Part shown: one piece after another, positions 40,415-54,302 of the stretch
How the letters are laid out: every line of letters begins with the position of its first letter
Numbering within the stretch: position 1 is the first letter of the stretch
Assembly: GCF_018977255.1 (NCBI RefSeq)
Contig: NW_024704743.1
Coordinates: forward strand, 116,314,001 to 116,378,000
Length of the DNA stretch: 64,000 nucleotides
Source: Callorhinchus milii
Lineage: Eukaryota
Direction: 5' to 3'
Notes under the pieces: generated by a model
Told to the model about the DNA's origin: nothing
The model's input: the letters and a program-made list of their open reading frames with translations, nothing else
Databases searched by the model: none
Position numbers and translations under genes: made by a program

Positions 40415-41845
40415 GAAGACAACGCTGACCTCAAATGCCAGCTGCAGTTTGCAAAGGAGGAAGGGTCCCTGATGCGGAAGAAAATGGCCAAGTTGGGGAG
40501 GGAGAAAGACGATCTGGATCACGAGCTGCAGAAGTACAGGTCCATCTACGGCGACGTGGACAGCCCCCTGCCCACCGGCGAGGCGGGGGGCCCCCCCAGC
40601 ACACGAGAGGCCGAGCTCAAGCTGCGTCTCAAGCTGGTGGAGGAGGAAGCCAACATCCTGGGCCGTAAGATCGTGGAGCTGGAGGTGGAGAACAGGGGGC
40701 TGAAGGCGGAGATGGAGGACGTGAGGTGCCAGTACGAGAGGGACCTGCAGAGCCGGGAACTGCCCTCCAGCCTGCCCGCCTCGCCCTACGCCGAGTCCCT
40801 GGAGTCCTGCGGGGAGCTGCGGCGACACCTGCAGTTCGTGGAGGAGGAGGCCGAGCTGCTACGGCGGTCGATCGGGGAGGTCGAGGAGCACAACAAGCAG
40901 CTGTCCAGCGAGCTGGACCGCTTCAAGTGCGGAGAGGGTGGGGGTCCTGAGGTGGGCTGGCGGGAAGATGGGGGAGGGGGGCTCAAGGCCAACGGGTCGC
41001 TACAGGAGGAGTTGAAGGCGGCCAGGCTGCAGGTTAACGAGCTGAGTGGCAAAGTCATGAAGCTACAGTACGAAAACAGGGTCCTCATCTCCAACGTGCA
41101 GCGCTACGACCTGGCCTCAAACCTGGGGCCACGCGGGGCTGGAGGCCGGGACACCGGGGAGGCCGAGAGCCCCGAGGGCAGGAAGGAGAGCGAGGGTGGG
41201 GGAGGCGGGTGTGGCGGAGAGGTGGGAGTGGGGGAGGAGGAGGAGGGGTTGGAGGAGGGTGTGGAGTCAGGCCACCTCCACACCCCACACACTCCCCCAT
41301 CCCCTCCCCCTCCGCCACCACCTCACCCGAAACGAGAGGGTCCGGTGGGAGGAGAGAGCGACTCGGAGGAGATATTCGAGAAGACGTCGGGCCTGGGGAG
41401 CAGCGGGAAGCCTTCGGACTCCAGCGACACGTGCTCGGCCGAGCTGTTGCGCAAACGGGAGGACTCGGAGTCTCTGGTGAGCATCAAGCGGGAGGCGGAG
41501 CGGTTGGGTCGCACCGTGGAAAGGCTGATCACAGACACCGACAGCCTGATCTACGATGCCCGGCTGCTGGCCCTGCAGAGGGCCCTGGAGCAGGACAGCG
41601 TCGGGAGCGACAACGAGCCTGAGCTCCTGGACTCCATCAACAGCAGGATGAAGGCTTTCCGCTCGGAGCTGCGCTGCTTCATGGAGAAGGTGGACCACCT
41701 GGGGGAGGGGCTGCGGGAACAAATAGACGATCTGTCGCCCATGCCCAACCTGACCGAGTCGCCCAGCTTCCTCTCCTCCGTCACCTCCATGTCCCGAGAC
41801 TCACCCATAGGCACTCTGGGGAAGGAGCTCATCACTGACTTCCAG
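40415..41845 (+). CDS. MTCL1: MTCL1 coding exon 5 (477 codons, coiled coil)
   Basis: ggcag|[19 protein letters not shown]...[12 protein letters not shown]|gtaagc; in frame with ORF 40472..41860. Confidence 0.95.
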
Positions 41846-41877
41846 GTAAGCAGCCGGTAATCTGCTTAGAGACCACC

Positions 41878-42010
41878 AGCTGCTGCCGCTGTTGCTGTTG
41901 CTGTTACTGTTGCTGCTGTCGCAACTATTGCTGCTGCTGCTATTTGCTGCTCTTGCTGCTATTTGCCACTATTGCTGTCGCCACTATTGCTGCTCCTGCT
42001 GCTGCTGCTC
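41878..42010. repeat. (GCT/GTT/ATT)n trinucleotide repeat just after exon 5
   Basis: Directly visible. Confidence 0.85.
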
Positions 42011-42869
42011 TGAAGCTAATTAACACTGAAACTCGAGGCTTCTTATGCATAAACCAAACCGCACTTAAAATAAAACAAAAACGGCCATTTACTTTACTAA
42101 ATTGCCCGGGCTTCGACTTGAAGCTTCGAGCTTTAAAATATTCGTCTTTTCAAAAGTTCTCCCCTTCCCTCCCTCCCTCCCTCCCTCCATCCCTCACCAC
42201 ACACATTTACGCATACCCATATGCCAGGGTCTATCACCAGTGAAACTTTCACTCGCTCACACACACACACAGATACATTCACTCATACATACATACAAAC
42301 ACTCACTCTCTCACACACACGCGCATACATACATACACTCACTCACATACACATACGCACACCTACATACATACACTCACATACACTCACTCACACCCTC
42401 ATACATACACTCACAAACACACACATGCACATGAGAAAAGCTGAGAAAGTAGATTTGTTTGGGAACAACCGGACACAGGGTTCAGGATAAAGGATCTGGA
42501 ATTTGAGGTTATTTGAATTTTAAAAAAAATCCTACTAGCAGAAGGAATCGTAGTAAAACATTGTGGTTTGGAGGAGGGGAGGGTTGTGGTGATGGTGGGG
42601 GTGGTGGGGCAGAGGGAAGAAAGGGTGAACCTATGCAGGTCAGCTTGACTCATTTGGAAGATTTCTTCCTGTTGGTCTCTCAGGAACATTGTTCATGAGC
42701 GGTTAATGTTGACCCCATGGCTGAAAACAAAATTAGTTCTCTGATGGCTCAGTGTTCAAATGGTCCGTGTTTGAGAACCAAGACTTGCAGACTCACGGGC
42801 AGACATTCCACCAGGGTCTATCACCAGTGAAACTTTCACTATTTCCTTAGCTTGCAGTATTTGCAGAAG

Positions 42870-43420
42870 GTGTCAGCCTGGCTCAGTTGGTAGCACTCTC
42901 TCCTCTGAGGCAAGCCCCACAGTCGGGACTTTGAACTCGTACAGTCTAGGCTGACACTTTAGTCCATTGCTAGGGGAACACGGCATTGTCAGAGATGCCA
43001 TCCTGCAGATGTGACGTTAAACCGAGGTCTTGTCCTCTTCAGGTGGAGGTTAAAGAACCCTGTGGCACGATTCGAAAAGAGAAGGGGTTTCTCCCTGTGC
43101 TCTAATCATCAAGCCTCCAAATAAAATTCATTCAGCCCCTTGAGCCTGTTTCACCAGTCTATAAAATCATAGCTGATCTGTACCTCAAGTCATTTACCCC
43201 CCTTGACCCGTATCCCTTAATATCCTGATCTAATAAATAACTATCCACCTCAGTCTTGAAGATGTGAATGGATCCAGCATTCACAGCCTTTTTGGGGAGA
43301 GAGTTCCAGATTTCCACTATCCTTTGGGTGGAAAAACTGCCTCCTGATTTTGCTCCTAAATAGCCTAGCTCGAATTTTAAGATTATGCCCCCTGTTCTGG
43401 ATTCCCACACCAGAGGAAAT
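42870..43420. mobile_element. Family B SINE (+) followed by CR1 3' fragment (-)
   Basis: SINE head/core 42870-43130; minus ORF FSTQRIVEIWNSLPKKAVNAGSIHIFKTEVD. Confidence 0.78.
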
Positions 43421-44413
43421 ATTGATTTTCCAAATTTTCCACGCTCTTAAAAAAAGCTCAAGTAAAATAGTGGAATCCTAAAGGCAGATGGAATTTCTCT
43501 CCCTTTCCCTCACTCCCACTCGCCTTGTCTTGGAAGATCCCAGATTGGATGATCGTTCCGTGCAGTGGCAGGAGTGTTGGGAGAGGATGAAGGGAGTGGA
43601 TGTAAGACTGAGGGGGGAGGATGGGTAAAGCAGCGATGATGCCTCCCCTAAGACAACTAACCATTAACCCTCCCTCCCTTGGCGGCAAAATGTTTGAACG
43701 TGGAGATCCAGTGAGGTCACAGTCAGGTGCTCGAGCCCACGTTCAATTTGACCTGGTGACCTCACTGGCCATCCTCGTGTGTGGAGCCTCATCACTTGAG
43801 GCCAGTAGGGTCATGAGCCCTGAGTGCCAGAAGCCAGCACCTTGAGTGAAGGCTGGGACAGCGAGAGGTGTTCTGTCATCAGCTGAGCAGTAGTTGGTGA
43901 TGTGAGCCCTCGGGCTCTGCTGGGGCCAGCATAAAACTACCTCAACCACAAGATCAGTGGCCCGTCTTATAAAGGGGAGGAAAGGATTCTGTAACAAAGG
44001 ATCTGAGCTACTCTAATGGGAAATCCCTCCAGTAGACAGAGCTCTTCTCTGACGGGACCCACTTTCGGAGCAGAATTCCTGTAGGATTCCTCATTTGGGA
44101 GTGTTCTAGGCCAGGGTTCCAGTGGTACACCGCGGAATCTCACGGAGAAATCCCGAGAATGTGCGAGTAAACCCATTGGCTGTGATCTATGCGGTCCCAC
44201 TGGGGAGGGGAGGAGGCAGGGAACCCATGAGCTGACATGGACAGATGGCTCTCTAGCTCCTTTACACAAGTCTTCAGGAAGAACAGGAAGTGCGTGGGTC
44301 GACAATGAAAGCGTTGTCACCTCCACCAGCTCCAACTTCCTCTCTCTTCCCCCCCACCCCACCCACACACAGTTTACAAATGGTGCTGGACCTTGACCAA
44401 CAAAACAGCATAA

Positions 44414-44719
<306 letters not shown>

Positions 44720-44819
44720 TTTTTTAGTCGTCTGCCTATACCCATTTTTTTGTTTTCTTTATTTCCCTCCCCCCTTGTCCTTTTGTTGTTTTCGTTCAAA
44801 CCGCCCATGCACTCAACAG

Positions 44820-44975
44820 TCTAAACTGAGGGATCAGCCCGACTGGCAGCCCATCCCCGAGGATGGGCACGACCGGGAAGCCCATCAAACCGGAAGCTCA
44901 ACAGACCCCAGCCGGAAAGCCGATGGAGGCTACAAAGGCTACAGGCCGGAAAACCAGGACTGTTTCGGTACAGAG
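44820..44975 (+). CDS. MTCL1: MTCL1 coding exon 6 (52 codons)
   Basis: ctcaacag|TCT; SKLRDQPDWQ...NQDCFGTE; GAG|gtaaaa. Confidence 0.88.
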
Positions 44976-45042
44976 GTAAAACTGGAGTCCATCGCCTTAA
45001 CAGAATGCAGACGTTCGCCTGCATCCCATCTTTCGGATGAGA

Positions 45043-45680
45043 CAACAACAACAATCCACAAACTACATTCATATAGTGCCTTTCACAATGGAAGGACTTC
45101 CCAAGGCGCTAGACAGTTAAGGGTTTGCACCCGAGCTGGGGATTCGGAATCAAGAGGGGTGGAGGGGAGTGCAGGTGCGGTTGAAGGTACGGTCAAAGAG
45201 GAAGGTCTTGAGATGGGCATTGAAGGAGGCGAGGGAGAGGGTGAGGCGGAGGGGCTCTGTGATGGGGTTTCAGAGGGTTAGGGCAGAATAGCTGAAAACC
45301 TGATGGGCAATGGGCGTGGGGAGGCTGGGAGGTGGACATAGAGCAAGCCAGTACCCGCTGAATGGAGGGTGCAGACAGATTGGAATAGTGTTAGAGGTCG
45401 CAGAGTCTCGGAGGGCATTAAAAGTGAGGACGAGGATCTTAAAGTTGATCCTCTGAGGAATGGGGAGCCAACGGAGCCGGGTGAGGATACAATACAATGC
45501 AAAATTACATTTGTATAGCGCCTTTCAAGTCAAGAGAATGTCCCAAGGCACTGAATGGGGTTGATAGGTTCACAGAGCTTGGTACAGAAGAGGAGATGAA
45601 CTGTAGAGTGCTGGATAATCTGCAACTTGCAGAAGGAAGAGCTGGGGAGTCCGGTGAGCAGGGAGTTTGCGTAGACAAGC
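45043..45680 (-). mobile_element. L2 LINE 3' fragments
   Basis: LTRLRWLPIPQRINFKILVLTF; two (AAC)n/tail motifs. Confidence 0.8.
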
Positions 45681-46724
45681 CTGCACAAAGAGACGTTAGA
45701 CCAAGGCCCCGTCTGCCTGTTCAGATCAACTATTCGAAAAGAGAAGGGAGGTTTCTCCTGGTATCCTGACCAATAATCCCCTGGTTAAAATTGGTTGTTC
45801 ACTCTATGGCTATCTGTGGAAATTGCTGTGCGCAACTGGCTGCCACGTTACACCCACAAAATCCGCAGTGTATCGTCTGATGTGCTTTGAGACGTCTGAA
45901 CAATGTGAAGGGCACTATATCATAGAATCATAGAATGTTACGCCACAGAAGGAGGCCATTCGGCCCATCGAGTCTGTGCCTGCTCTTTGACAGAGCAACT
46001 GATTTTTATTAACCCCACTCACCAGCTTTCTCTGCATAACCCTGCAAACCTGTCTTCTCCAGATACCTATCCAGTTCCCTCTCAAAAAATGCATCCAATG
46101 TAAGGATTGGTATTATTCAAAAGTATGCAGCCATTACACTTCACAGACGTAAACTACAAGGGTGTGGGGGAAAGGGCACTGAGCCGGCATAGACCACAAT
46201 GGGTCGAAAAACCTCCTTCTGTGTTGTGCATTTCTTTGGTTCTATAGTATATCTTGTGACGTACTTTGAGATGCCCTCCCGGCATGAAAAATGCTGCATC
46301 AAACACAAGGATTATCATTATTGTTGTAATTATAAATGGTTCATTGTTAGCGGCCTGGCCTTAGCTTTATATTTTAACTCGTCTCAGCATGTGGGTGGGT
46401 GGGCCTTATAACAGCGGTCTTGTTATCAGTCGCTAGCACTGTCGCCTCCAGGTCAGAAGACAAACCTCTCTGACTCCACTCAGGTCATTCTCTGTTGGAG
46501 ACACATTGTGCCAAAATTGGGTCACCGTGCTCGCCTACAAGACACACAGTCACCACACTTAACAGCAATTTCAACATGATTAGTGTTTGATCAAACAAGA
46601 TGATTTATCACTACTGTTGATAATACTCTTATCAGGATTGTAAATGCTTGGCATGTAACCCAGGGATTGGGGTGATTGTATTGAACACCTCTGACTAAAC
46701 CCTGCCCCTCTGCCTCGAACACAG

Positions 46725-46850
46725 CTCAGGGAATCCCATCTTTTACCAGAATCGAGCAGCACATCAGTTCATGAACTTCAACTCTGCCTGAAACAAGAAA
46801 GGCGGCTTCGGGAGGAGGAGAAGGAGAAATTCACCACCAAGCTTATCGAG
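46725..46850 (+). CDS. MTCL1: MTCL1 coding exon 7 (42 codons; absent from ORF track)
   Basis: aacacag|CTC; LRESHLLPESSSTSVHELQLCLKQERRLREEEKEKFTTKLIE; GAG|gtgggt; phase 0-0, coiled-coil-like. Confidence 0.8.
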
Positions 46851-47279
46851 GTGGGTGGGCGCTGGCAATTTTGTCAAGCAACTTTGACGAAGAAGATCTG
46901 TGCAGGAGGAGGAGGAGGAGGTCAGAACTCAACCAACAGAGCCAGGCTGATACACAACACAAATACACAGACACAACACAAATACACAGACACATGCATA
47001 CCACATATACAGTCACACACATAACACATATACACGCGAAGACGCAAATACACATGCGCACAAGGACACACGCAGACGGAAGCATACACACATGGATACA
47101 CGTAGATGCGCCGCACACATCCAAACAGGCGCAAGCGCAAACAGCCGAATGCACACATAGGCAGATGCACACGCGTAGATAGAAGTGTACATACACACAC
47201 GCACATACATGTACTGTATAGTCTTCAACAGTTTTTGGAGCTGGTAATTGTAGGGTGTGTTGTGTGGTTTTGATCACAG

Positions 47280-47510
47280 ATGGAAGAGGAGAGCCAGAAG
47301 AGGTTGCTAAGGAAGGACTTTGAGGTACAGAGCCTGAACCTGCAGAATCGCCTGGAGCAGAAGTCATGGAGTCACGAGAGGAGCCTTCTGGCTCAGGAGG
47401 TGAAGATGTTCGAGCACAACTCCATCCTACTCTATGTCAAGCTGCAGTGGCTACTCACACGCTGGAAGCAAGGCAAGGAACTAGACTGCGGTGGGGAGGA
47501 TAGACTGGAG
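47280..47510 (+). CDS. MTCL1: MTCL1 coding exon 8 (77 codons)
   Basis: gatcacag|ATG; MEEESQKRLLRKDFEVQSL...LYVKLQWLLTRWKQGK...RLE; GAG|gtaggc. Confidence 0.92.
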
Positions 47511-47579
47511 GTAGGCCAAACTTTTAATACCACCTTAACCTTCCCGCAAACTGCTGTAGCCATCAGATAAATAAAGAAC

Positions 47580-47852
47580 AAATAATAATAATAATCCTTG
47601 CATTTGATATAGCGCTTTTCACGTCTTCTAGACGTCCCAAAGCGCTTTACAGAATATACTGTAAAGTGAATTGACTGTATATTTGTGGGCGAACGCAGCA
47701 GCCAATTGCACACAGCAATGTCCCACAAACAGTCGTGGATTGAAAATGACCAATTTATTATTGTTTTGTTTTTTTGAGGGATTATTACTAGGCGTGTGAA
47801 GTAAGGAAACTTGCCCAAGGTTTCGCCCTGTCTGGAATTGAACTCAGGTCTC
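47580..47852 (-). mobile_element. Family A SINE (head partly missing)
   Basis: Near-identical reverse complement of 15250-15533. Confidence 0.88.
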
Positions 47853-49060
47853 TAACCCTTACCTTCGGGATAGCACCTGTCACATCAAGAAGACGTCTCA
47901 AAACGCTTTGCAGGATTTACTGTAGAGTTACTGTGAATGACAGACAATACCATGAGTATTTTTTGGGTGAAGGTGTGGTTGGAATGAAAGAAAATTTGAG
48001 ACAAAAGAAAGACAGTTCCCTCCACATGTGTCTTGCCTGTTCCAAGCTCCCATTGGCACAGAGACGGCGCTTCTTCACTTTCAGCGCCTTGGGACGTTCT
48101 CCCGATGTGAAAGGCGCTATACAAATGTTGTTGTTCTTGCGGCTGATCTGAGTCTCTGAGCCGCGCAGTGTAGGGCTGTTCGAGTGGCAATGATGATGAT
48201 GTTAATGATGCCCAGCAGCAGTCGATGTATCAGATTACCTGAAGGTGTGCTGCCAGAGCCACAGCGAGTCCACCCTGGGTGGGTGGTTTGTGCCAGCACG
48301 TTCAGGAGGGTATGGATGCAGCATTTGGTGAAGACACCACAGAGGATGGAGTGTAGCACTAACACTCAGCTCAGATAGTGCCCAATGGCACTGTCTACCG
48401 CCATGCACTTATACTGGGCTCACACTATATATGCACGCTTGTGAACTTTAGACCACCAACAACAACAACTTGCATTTATATAGCGTCCTTCACCCCAGTA
48501 GCATCCTGGAGGGCTTTACACCAACACTAAGCATCCATTTGTTACGATATTGCAGAATTGTTGGTGATTGTTGCTGAACAATTGCAGAATTGTTGGTGAA
48601 ATCCGCATGCGCTTTACGAGGGATGTGTATATTATGCAGGCAGCGTGTATAAAGCATGCTGTGTGTTTTACTTGGGTGTTCTACATGGGCTGGTGTTCTA
48701 CACGGACTGTGTGTTTTACACGAGCTGTGAATTTAACGTGGTCTTCGTGTTTTGCACTGGCTGTGTGTTTTGCCTGGGTTGTTCTCTTGGGGGAAGCGTT
48801 ACACAGGGGGTTATTGTTTGTTTAATATAGGCAGGGAGGGAGCGGCATTTGTTTCTTGTACACATGAGGTGGCATTTGTTGAACTCAGGAGGGGAGGGGT
48901 TTGTTTATTGTATGCGGGGGTGTTTGTTTTACGTGGGGGACTACGTTTCTTGTACACGGGAGGCCGTGTTTGTTGCATTTGGGGGTTTGTGTCTGTCGTA
49001 TGGGGAGGGGTCTTGTGTTTGTTTTACGGGGGGAGCATGTTACATGGGAGGTGTTTTTAG

Positions 49061-49237
49061 TTTGAACAGATCGACAGCCTGCCCGAGCTGAGTCTGCTGC
49101 TCAAACAGAAGGAGCTGGTGGCTGGCGAGGCCGAGGCGGGGGGCTGTGAGCTGTCAGAATGCTCCCAGTTCTCTCCCGAGAGCCCTGGACATGGACCACA
49201 GCTGCAGACCGAGGAGCTGCTTCAGCAACAGAAACAG
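49061..49237 (+). CDS. MTCL1: MTCL1 coding exon 9 (59 codons; in-frame alternative acceptor possible at 49070)
   Basis: gtttttag|TTT; FEQIDSLPELSLLLKQ...LQTEELLQQQKQ; CAG|gtgggg. Confidence 0.75.
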
Positions 49238-50504
49238 GTGGGGGCTCAACCCCGCTTTGTGGAGTGAATTTGACCTTGTTTAAACAATATAATGGATACG
49301 ATTGTGGTATTGAGGGTTGTGTGAGTGAATGTGTCTGTGTGTGGAAGAGTGAGAGTGAGTGTGAGTATGTGTGTGTATACCTGTGTGTGTGTGTGTGTAT
49401 GTATGTGTGTCTATGTGTGTGTGTCTGTCTGTATATCTATGTCTGTGTGTGTCTGTACATTTATGTGTGTGTCTGTGTATATCTATGTGTGTTTCTGTGT
49501 ATGTATATCTGTGTGTGTCTGTGTATACCGGTGGGGGTGGGGGTGTCCGTCTTTGTAAGTAGCCAGGTATAAATCTAGTCCAGGAGGAACGTTTTTACTG
49601 CTGATCTCAGTGTGGAGGGAAAGAGAAAGAGACTGAGGTGTCTCAGTTATTGAGCAGTGAAAGTATAACTAACTTCTTATTGTGAGATGGCGCTCAAACT
49701 CTGGATCTGCCCCTCCCAAACCAGCAGCGATAGCATTCTGCTGGAGTCAGCCTTCAGCCATGTCTTCAGCTGTTACACTGACAGCAGCTGCAACATGGCT
49801 CAAATGAGAGACAATCTCCCTCGCTCCCTTTTTGGGGGAAAAGGAAGTTCTCTCGCTGTGTTCCCGTCTGTCAGTTCGCCAGTCAATCCATCCCTCCGTT
49901 CCGTCCTTTGATCCAACCATCCTTCTGTCTGTCCATGAGTCCATCTGTCTGTCCCTTTCCTCCATCCTTCTGTTTGTTCCACTGTTGGCTCCCAATTCCC
50001 CGCCCCCACCCCATCATGTCCTCAAACATAAGTCTGGGAGGGGATCAAAATCTCTTCTCCTCCTCGCCTCCCCTCCTACACCTCCTCCCAAGGCCCAGCT
50101 ATCAGTTCAAATGCAGTCTCTTGCCAGTATAGTTTTAGCAGACAGAGCTATATCCGATAAACGGAGAGAGACTGAGTTGTGGCATTGCTCAGTCATGAAC
50201 ATGACTGTTTCCATTTGTGAGGCTGGGAGCACTGTGATATCGGTGTGTCTGACACACTGTCACTGTTACTGATGTGTCCGACACTGCGATCTGGGGCCTT
50301 GAACTCACAACCTTCTGACCCAGAGAAGAGAGCACTACATTCTGAGCCAGGCCAACACACACAGTGTTTCAGTTCAATGAAGACTGAATAACAAGAAATT
50401 TCTCCAGTCCTCCATCATCACAGGGCTGACTCTGTGCTGTTGGGGTCTCGGCCTCGCCTCGCTCTGCTCCCACTGTTAAGTCTAAATCAAGTCGCTCCCC
50501 GCAG

Positions 50505-50648
50505 GCTAGGGAGAATCGGAGGGTCTTGTCAGCTCTGCAGTCTGTCCTAGAGGAGTTTCACGTCGAGCTCAGGGATGAGGAGCAGACCCGCAGTGAGAGA
50601 CCTGCCTGGGAGACACAGAGACCCCAGCAGAAATGTCTTCTCCTACAG
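50505..50648 (+). CDS. MTCL1: MTCL1 coding exon 10 (48 codons)
   Basis: ccccgcag|GCT; ARENRRVLSALQSVLEEFHVELRDEE...KCLLLQ; CAG|gtaact. Confidence 0.87.
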
Positions 50649-50704
50649 GTAACTGAGCACATGGCGAACGAGCAGCAAACACAGCGCGTGCCAGACACAG
50701 CCAG

Positions 50705-50787
50705 CACCATATACACAGTGACCACAATACACACAGTGACAGCCATACACACAGTGACAGCCACACACACAGTGACAGCCATACACC
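50705..50787. repeat. 18-bp minisatellite (atacacacagtgacagcc) about 4 copies
   Basis: Directly visible; gives the TVTAIH repeats in ORF 50526. Confidence 0.85.
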
Positions 50788-51043
50788 AGGTGCGAGTTCC
50801 TATATCAGAGTGACAGAGTTGGTGAACTACGTGAGTGTAAAACCAAAGGGTGTAACTGTAAGACAGTCAATGGTAGAGCTTCTTGACACAGAGGGTGCTG
50901 AAACTCAATGCACATGAGGGGGAAAGGAAAGGGAAGCAGGGACTCATTGAGCTGAATGGCCTGATTCACTTTATGTAACTTTATGGAAGTATTTATTATT
51001 GATCACCTTGGTTTCTAATGATTGTGTTTGTCTTGGTCGGCAG

Positions 51044-51295
51044 GAATTCGAAGAGCAAACCGGGAAGCAGGACGGGAATCTGGGCTATGAGGATGGGAGC
51101 GAGGCACTGCAGAGTGAGCAGGAGGCTCAGCAGAGGCTGGCGGAGGGTTCTAGCATGGCGAGCGAGCCTCACTGGCAGCTGCAGCCCTGCCACAGGAACT
51201 GCCAGCGGCACAGGCTGGAGCTGCTGGAGAGCTTCGAGAGGGAGCGGAGAGACTGGGAGCAGCAGAAGAGGAAGCTGAGAGAAAGACTCCAGCAG
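51044..51295 (+). CDS. MTCL1: MTCL1 coding exon 11 (84 codons)
   Basis: gtcggcag|GAA; EFEEQTGK...RLELLESFERERRDWEQQKRKLRERLQQ; CAG|gtgggt. Confidence 0.87.
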
Positions 51296-52204
51296 GTGGG
51301 TGAGGCGAGAGAGTGACAGACACTCGTGTGTGAGAGGAGAAAGTGACACACACACGGTCAACCTCTCTTTTCTCCCCGCTTGTTGTCCAAGGCCAACATT
51401 GTGAAGCTCTCCGAGCTGCTGTTCCAGTGAGGGGTGCTGTACAAATGCAGGTAGTTGCTCCTGTTGCATTGGAAAAGAGAAAAGAGTTTCTCCGGTGTCC
51501 TGGCCAACAATGAAACCTGATTAAAATTGTCAGTGACTTCATGGCTGTTTGCGGGACCTTGCCCTGGGCAAAATGGCTGCCACGTTTGCCTACAAATTAC
51601 ACAATCACTACACATGAGAGCAAGCATGTCTGAGATCTTGCTAAGTTGCAGGCTCTGTATCAGATATAAGGATTATGTTACAAATCAGCACAGTCAGCTC
51701 AGGTGTCTTAGAGAGGAACGGATAGTGGAGACGAAGATGAAGAAGCAACAGATGGGACCTGAAGGTGATAGAGGAAAGCAGACGAGACATGGAGGGGGGG
51801 AATGACGGAGGAGCCAGATGGTAGCTTGAGCTCTTTGCTAACAGTGGATGGGTTGACTGCCCTCTGACACACCTGTTTCATTGGGTTACGTGCATCGCTG
51901 GGGGGGACACCAGCACTGAACGTAAACCACATTCAGTGTAAGGTGTCATTGTAAGGAGTCCACTGGACTTCTGAGAAAGCATCAATTCAACCATGATACA
52001 TCGAGGATGACGAAATGTCAGAAGAATTTCCACCACACTGCGGTCGGCGAGTCAGTAACCAGAGAGCGTCAGTTTACAATTCATCGCCGAAACACACAAA
52101 GGGAGAGGTTAGGAGAATGTGGGGAGTGGGGAGGGTGGGGGGGGAGGTACACAGAGGGTTAGTAGGACATGAAATGTCCAACCAAAACACTGGTTGAAAC
52201 AGAA

Positions 52205-52922
52205 GTAAAAGACGGTATCTCAGAGCGCTTCACAGTAACGGATCCCGGGGCCGAGCTAGGGGGAGGGGGAGGAAGGTGACCAAAGGGTCGAATAGAAATA
52301 TCTTCAGCCGAGACCTGAAAATAGGAAGACGGGGCGAGGCGAAGGGATGGAGGAAGGGAGTTCAGGAGCCTCGTGGTGTAGTAGCTGAAGGCATGGCTTG
52401 CCAATGGTGGAGTGGAGGACTCAGCGGACAAGGAGGAGGCCAGACCCGGTGGAGCGAAGGCAACAGGCACTGGTGTGAGGAGAGAGGAGGTCAGAGAGGT
52501 AGGGGGGTACAGAGGAGTGGAGGGATTTGAAGCCTTTCAAAAAGCCTTTTTAAAGGAATTGGACAATTATTTGTGAAGGGAAATGTAAAAGTATGGGGGT
52601 GGTGGGGGTGGGGGCAAGGGAAGTGTCCCAAGACACAATCAAAGATGTAGGTTTTTTACCTTGTCCCGCAAATCCATCGCTCCACTATCGGAGGCCGTGC
52701 CTTCAGCCACTAAGCCCCAAAGCTATGGAACTCCCTCCCTCAATCCCTTCGTCTCTTGCCCGCTCTTTACCCATTTTCAGAGCGTGCCTGAAAACCTTCC
52801 TCTTCGACCGTGCCTATGGTCACATTCCCCCTGCCCCTGGCTTGGCATTGGGGTCCGCCATTGTTAAGTGCTCTGGAACGCCGCCCAGCATGGAGGGCGC
52901 TATATAAATGCAAGTTGTTGTT
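52205..52922. mobile_element. Two L2 3' fragments in opposite orientation
   Basis: Minus: AFSYYTTRLLNSLPPSLRLAPS; plus: ...gggcgctatataaatgcaagttgttg. Confidence 0.8.
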
Positions 52923-53939
52923 TATAGACAGGGCTTAAAAGAGAGCAAATGGGTGGGTTTGAGACGGAGGGATTTAGGAAAGGACTATCAAAACAGCAGG
53001 GGCAAAATGGCTGAAAGCTTGCCTTACAGTGGTGGGGTATATATTTAAAAAGTAGCTTGATGCTGTGAAGTGGGACTGGGAGGATGCATATTCCAGAGGG
53101 ATGAGGACAAAGGAGCCAAAGGGCCTTCCTTATCCCAACCAATCTTGTGATCTTCCAGAGCAGGCGAGAGACATGAAGCAGGCCTGGATTGGCACACTGT
53201 ATTTTGTTACCCAGAAGGTAGTAAATAGCTGTAAGGATGAGATCAGACGGGCTGAAGGCCCTTTCTTCACTCGAACATCTGCTGTGATCTGCCCATTGTA
53301 ACTGCGGTCAGCATATCACTGCCATGAGGCAATGGGATGAATCACGTTCTTCCTCATGGCGTTTGACCACAATGCAAAACATCCAATTCTCTTCTGTAGT
53401 AAGCCTGGGTGTATCTCTGAGCCTGTCAAGCCCTTTTTCTTTCCTTGTCCGATTTATCTTGTTACTGTATTAAACATTCATAATAAATAATATTCCTTAC
53501 ATTTGATACAGTGCCTTTCATGTCAGGAGAGAGTCTCTAAGCACTTCACAGGATTTACTGTGAAATGTAGTGACCGTATTTTGCAAACGAAGGTGGCAGC
53601 CAATTTGCGTGCAACAATATCCGCAAACAGCTATGAAGTGAGTTCTAGTTCTAGTTATACTAGTTCTATCTAGGGTCTCGTGGCCAGGACAACGGGAGAG
53701 AAAATCGCTTCTCTTTTCAAATGCTGGTTGTGGTTTAATTCATTTGAACATTCTCAGGACAAGCATCCTGACTCCAATCAGACTGTCTTTACTGTACTGA
53801 TTGACTGTTGACTCATATCCTATGTGAGTGAAAGGTCAGCTCATAACATGCAGCTCCTGGCACTGCAGGGTCAATGATCAGTGAGGCATACGAGTAGGCC
53901 ACTCAACCCATCAAGCCTGTTCTGTCAGTTTATTACCTT

Positions 53940-54302
53940 GTGGAGTCCTGTAGCTTAGTGGTTAGAGCACTCAACTCGAAAGCGAGAGGACCTGGGTTCG
54001 ATTCCCGGGTAGGGCAAAACCTTAGGCCTGTTTCCTTACTCCACACACCCCTGTTTACCTAGCAGTAAGCAGGAACCCAATTGTTAGTAGATTGGCGGAT
54101 GGCTTTTCCGGAGGTAATATTCCCTTAAAATAGTCACTTCAATCCACGACTGTTCGTGGAGCACTGCTGAGCGCAATTGGCTGCCACATTTCATCCACAA
54201 ATATACAGTCAATTCGTTTTACAGTATATTGTGTGAAGTGCTTGGAGACGTCTTGAAGACGTGATAAGGCGCTATATCAAATGCGAGGATTATTATTATT
54301 AT
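53940..54302 (+). mobile_element. Family A SINE, long variant
   Basis: gtggagtcctgtagcttagtgg head, gttcgattccc B box, (ATT)n tail. Confidence 0.87.

Noticed and set aside
44976..45281. Extension of ORF 44511..45281 beyond exon 6
   Set aside because: Runs past a GT donor into SINE/L2 antisense sequence.
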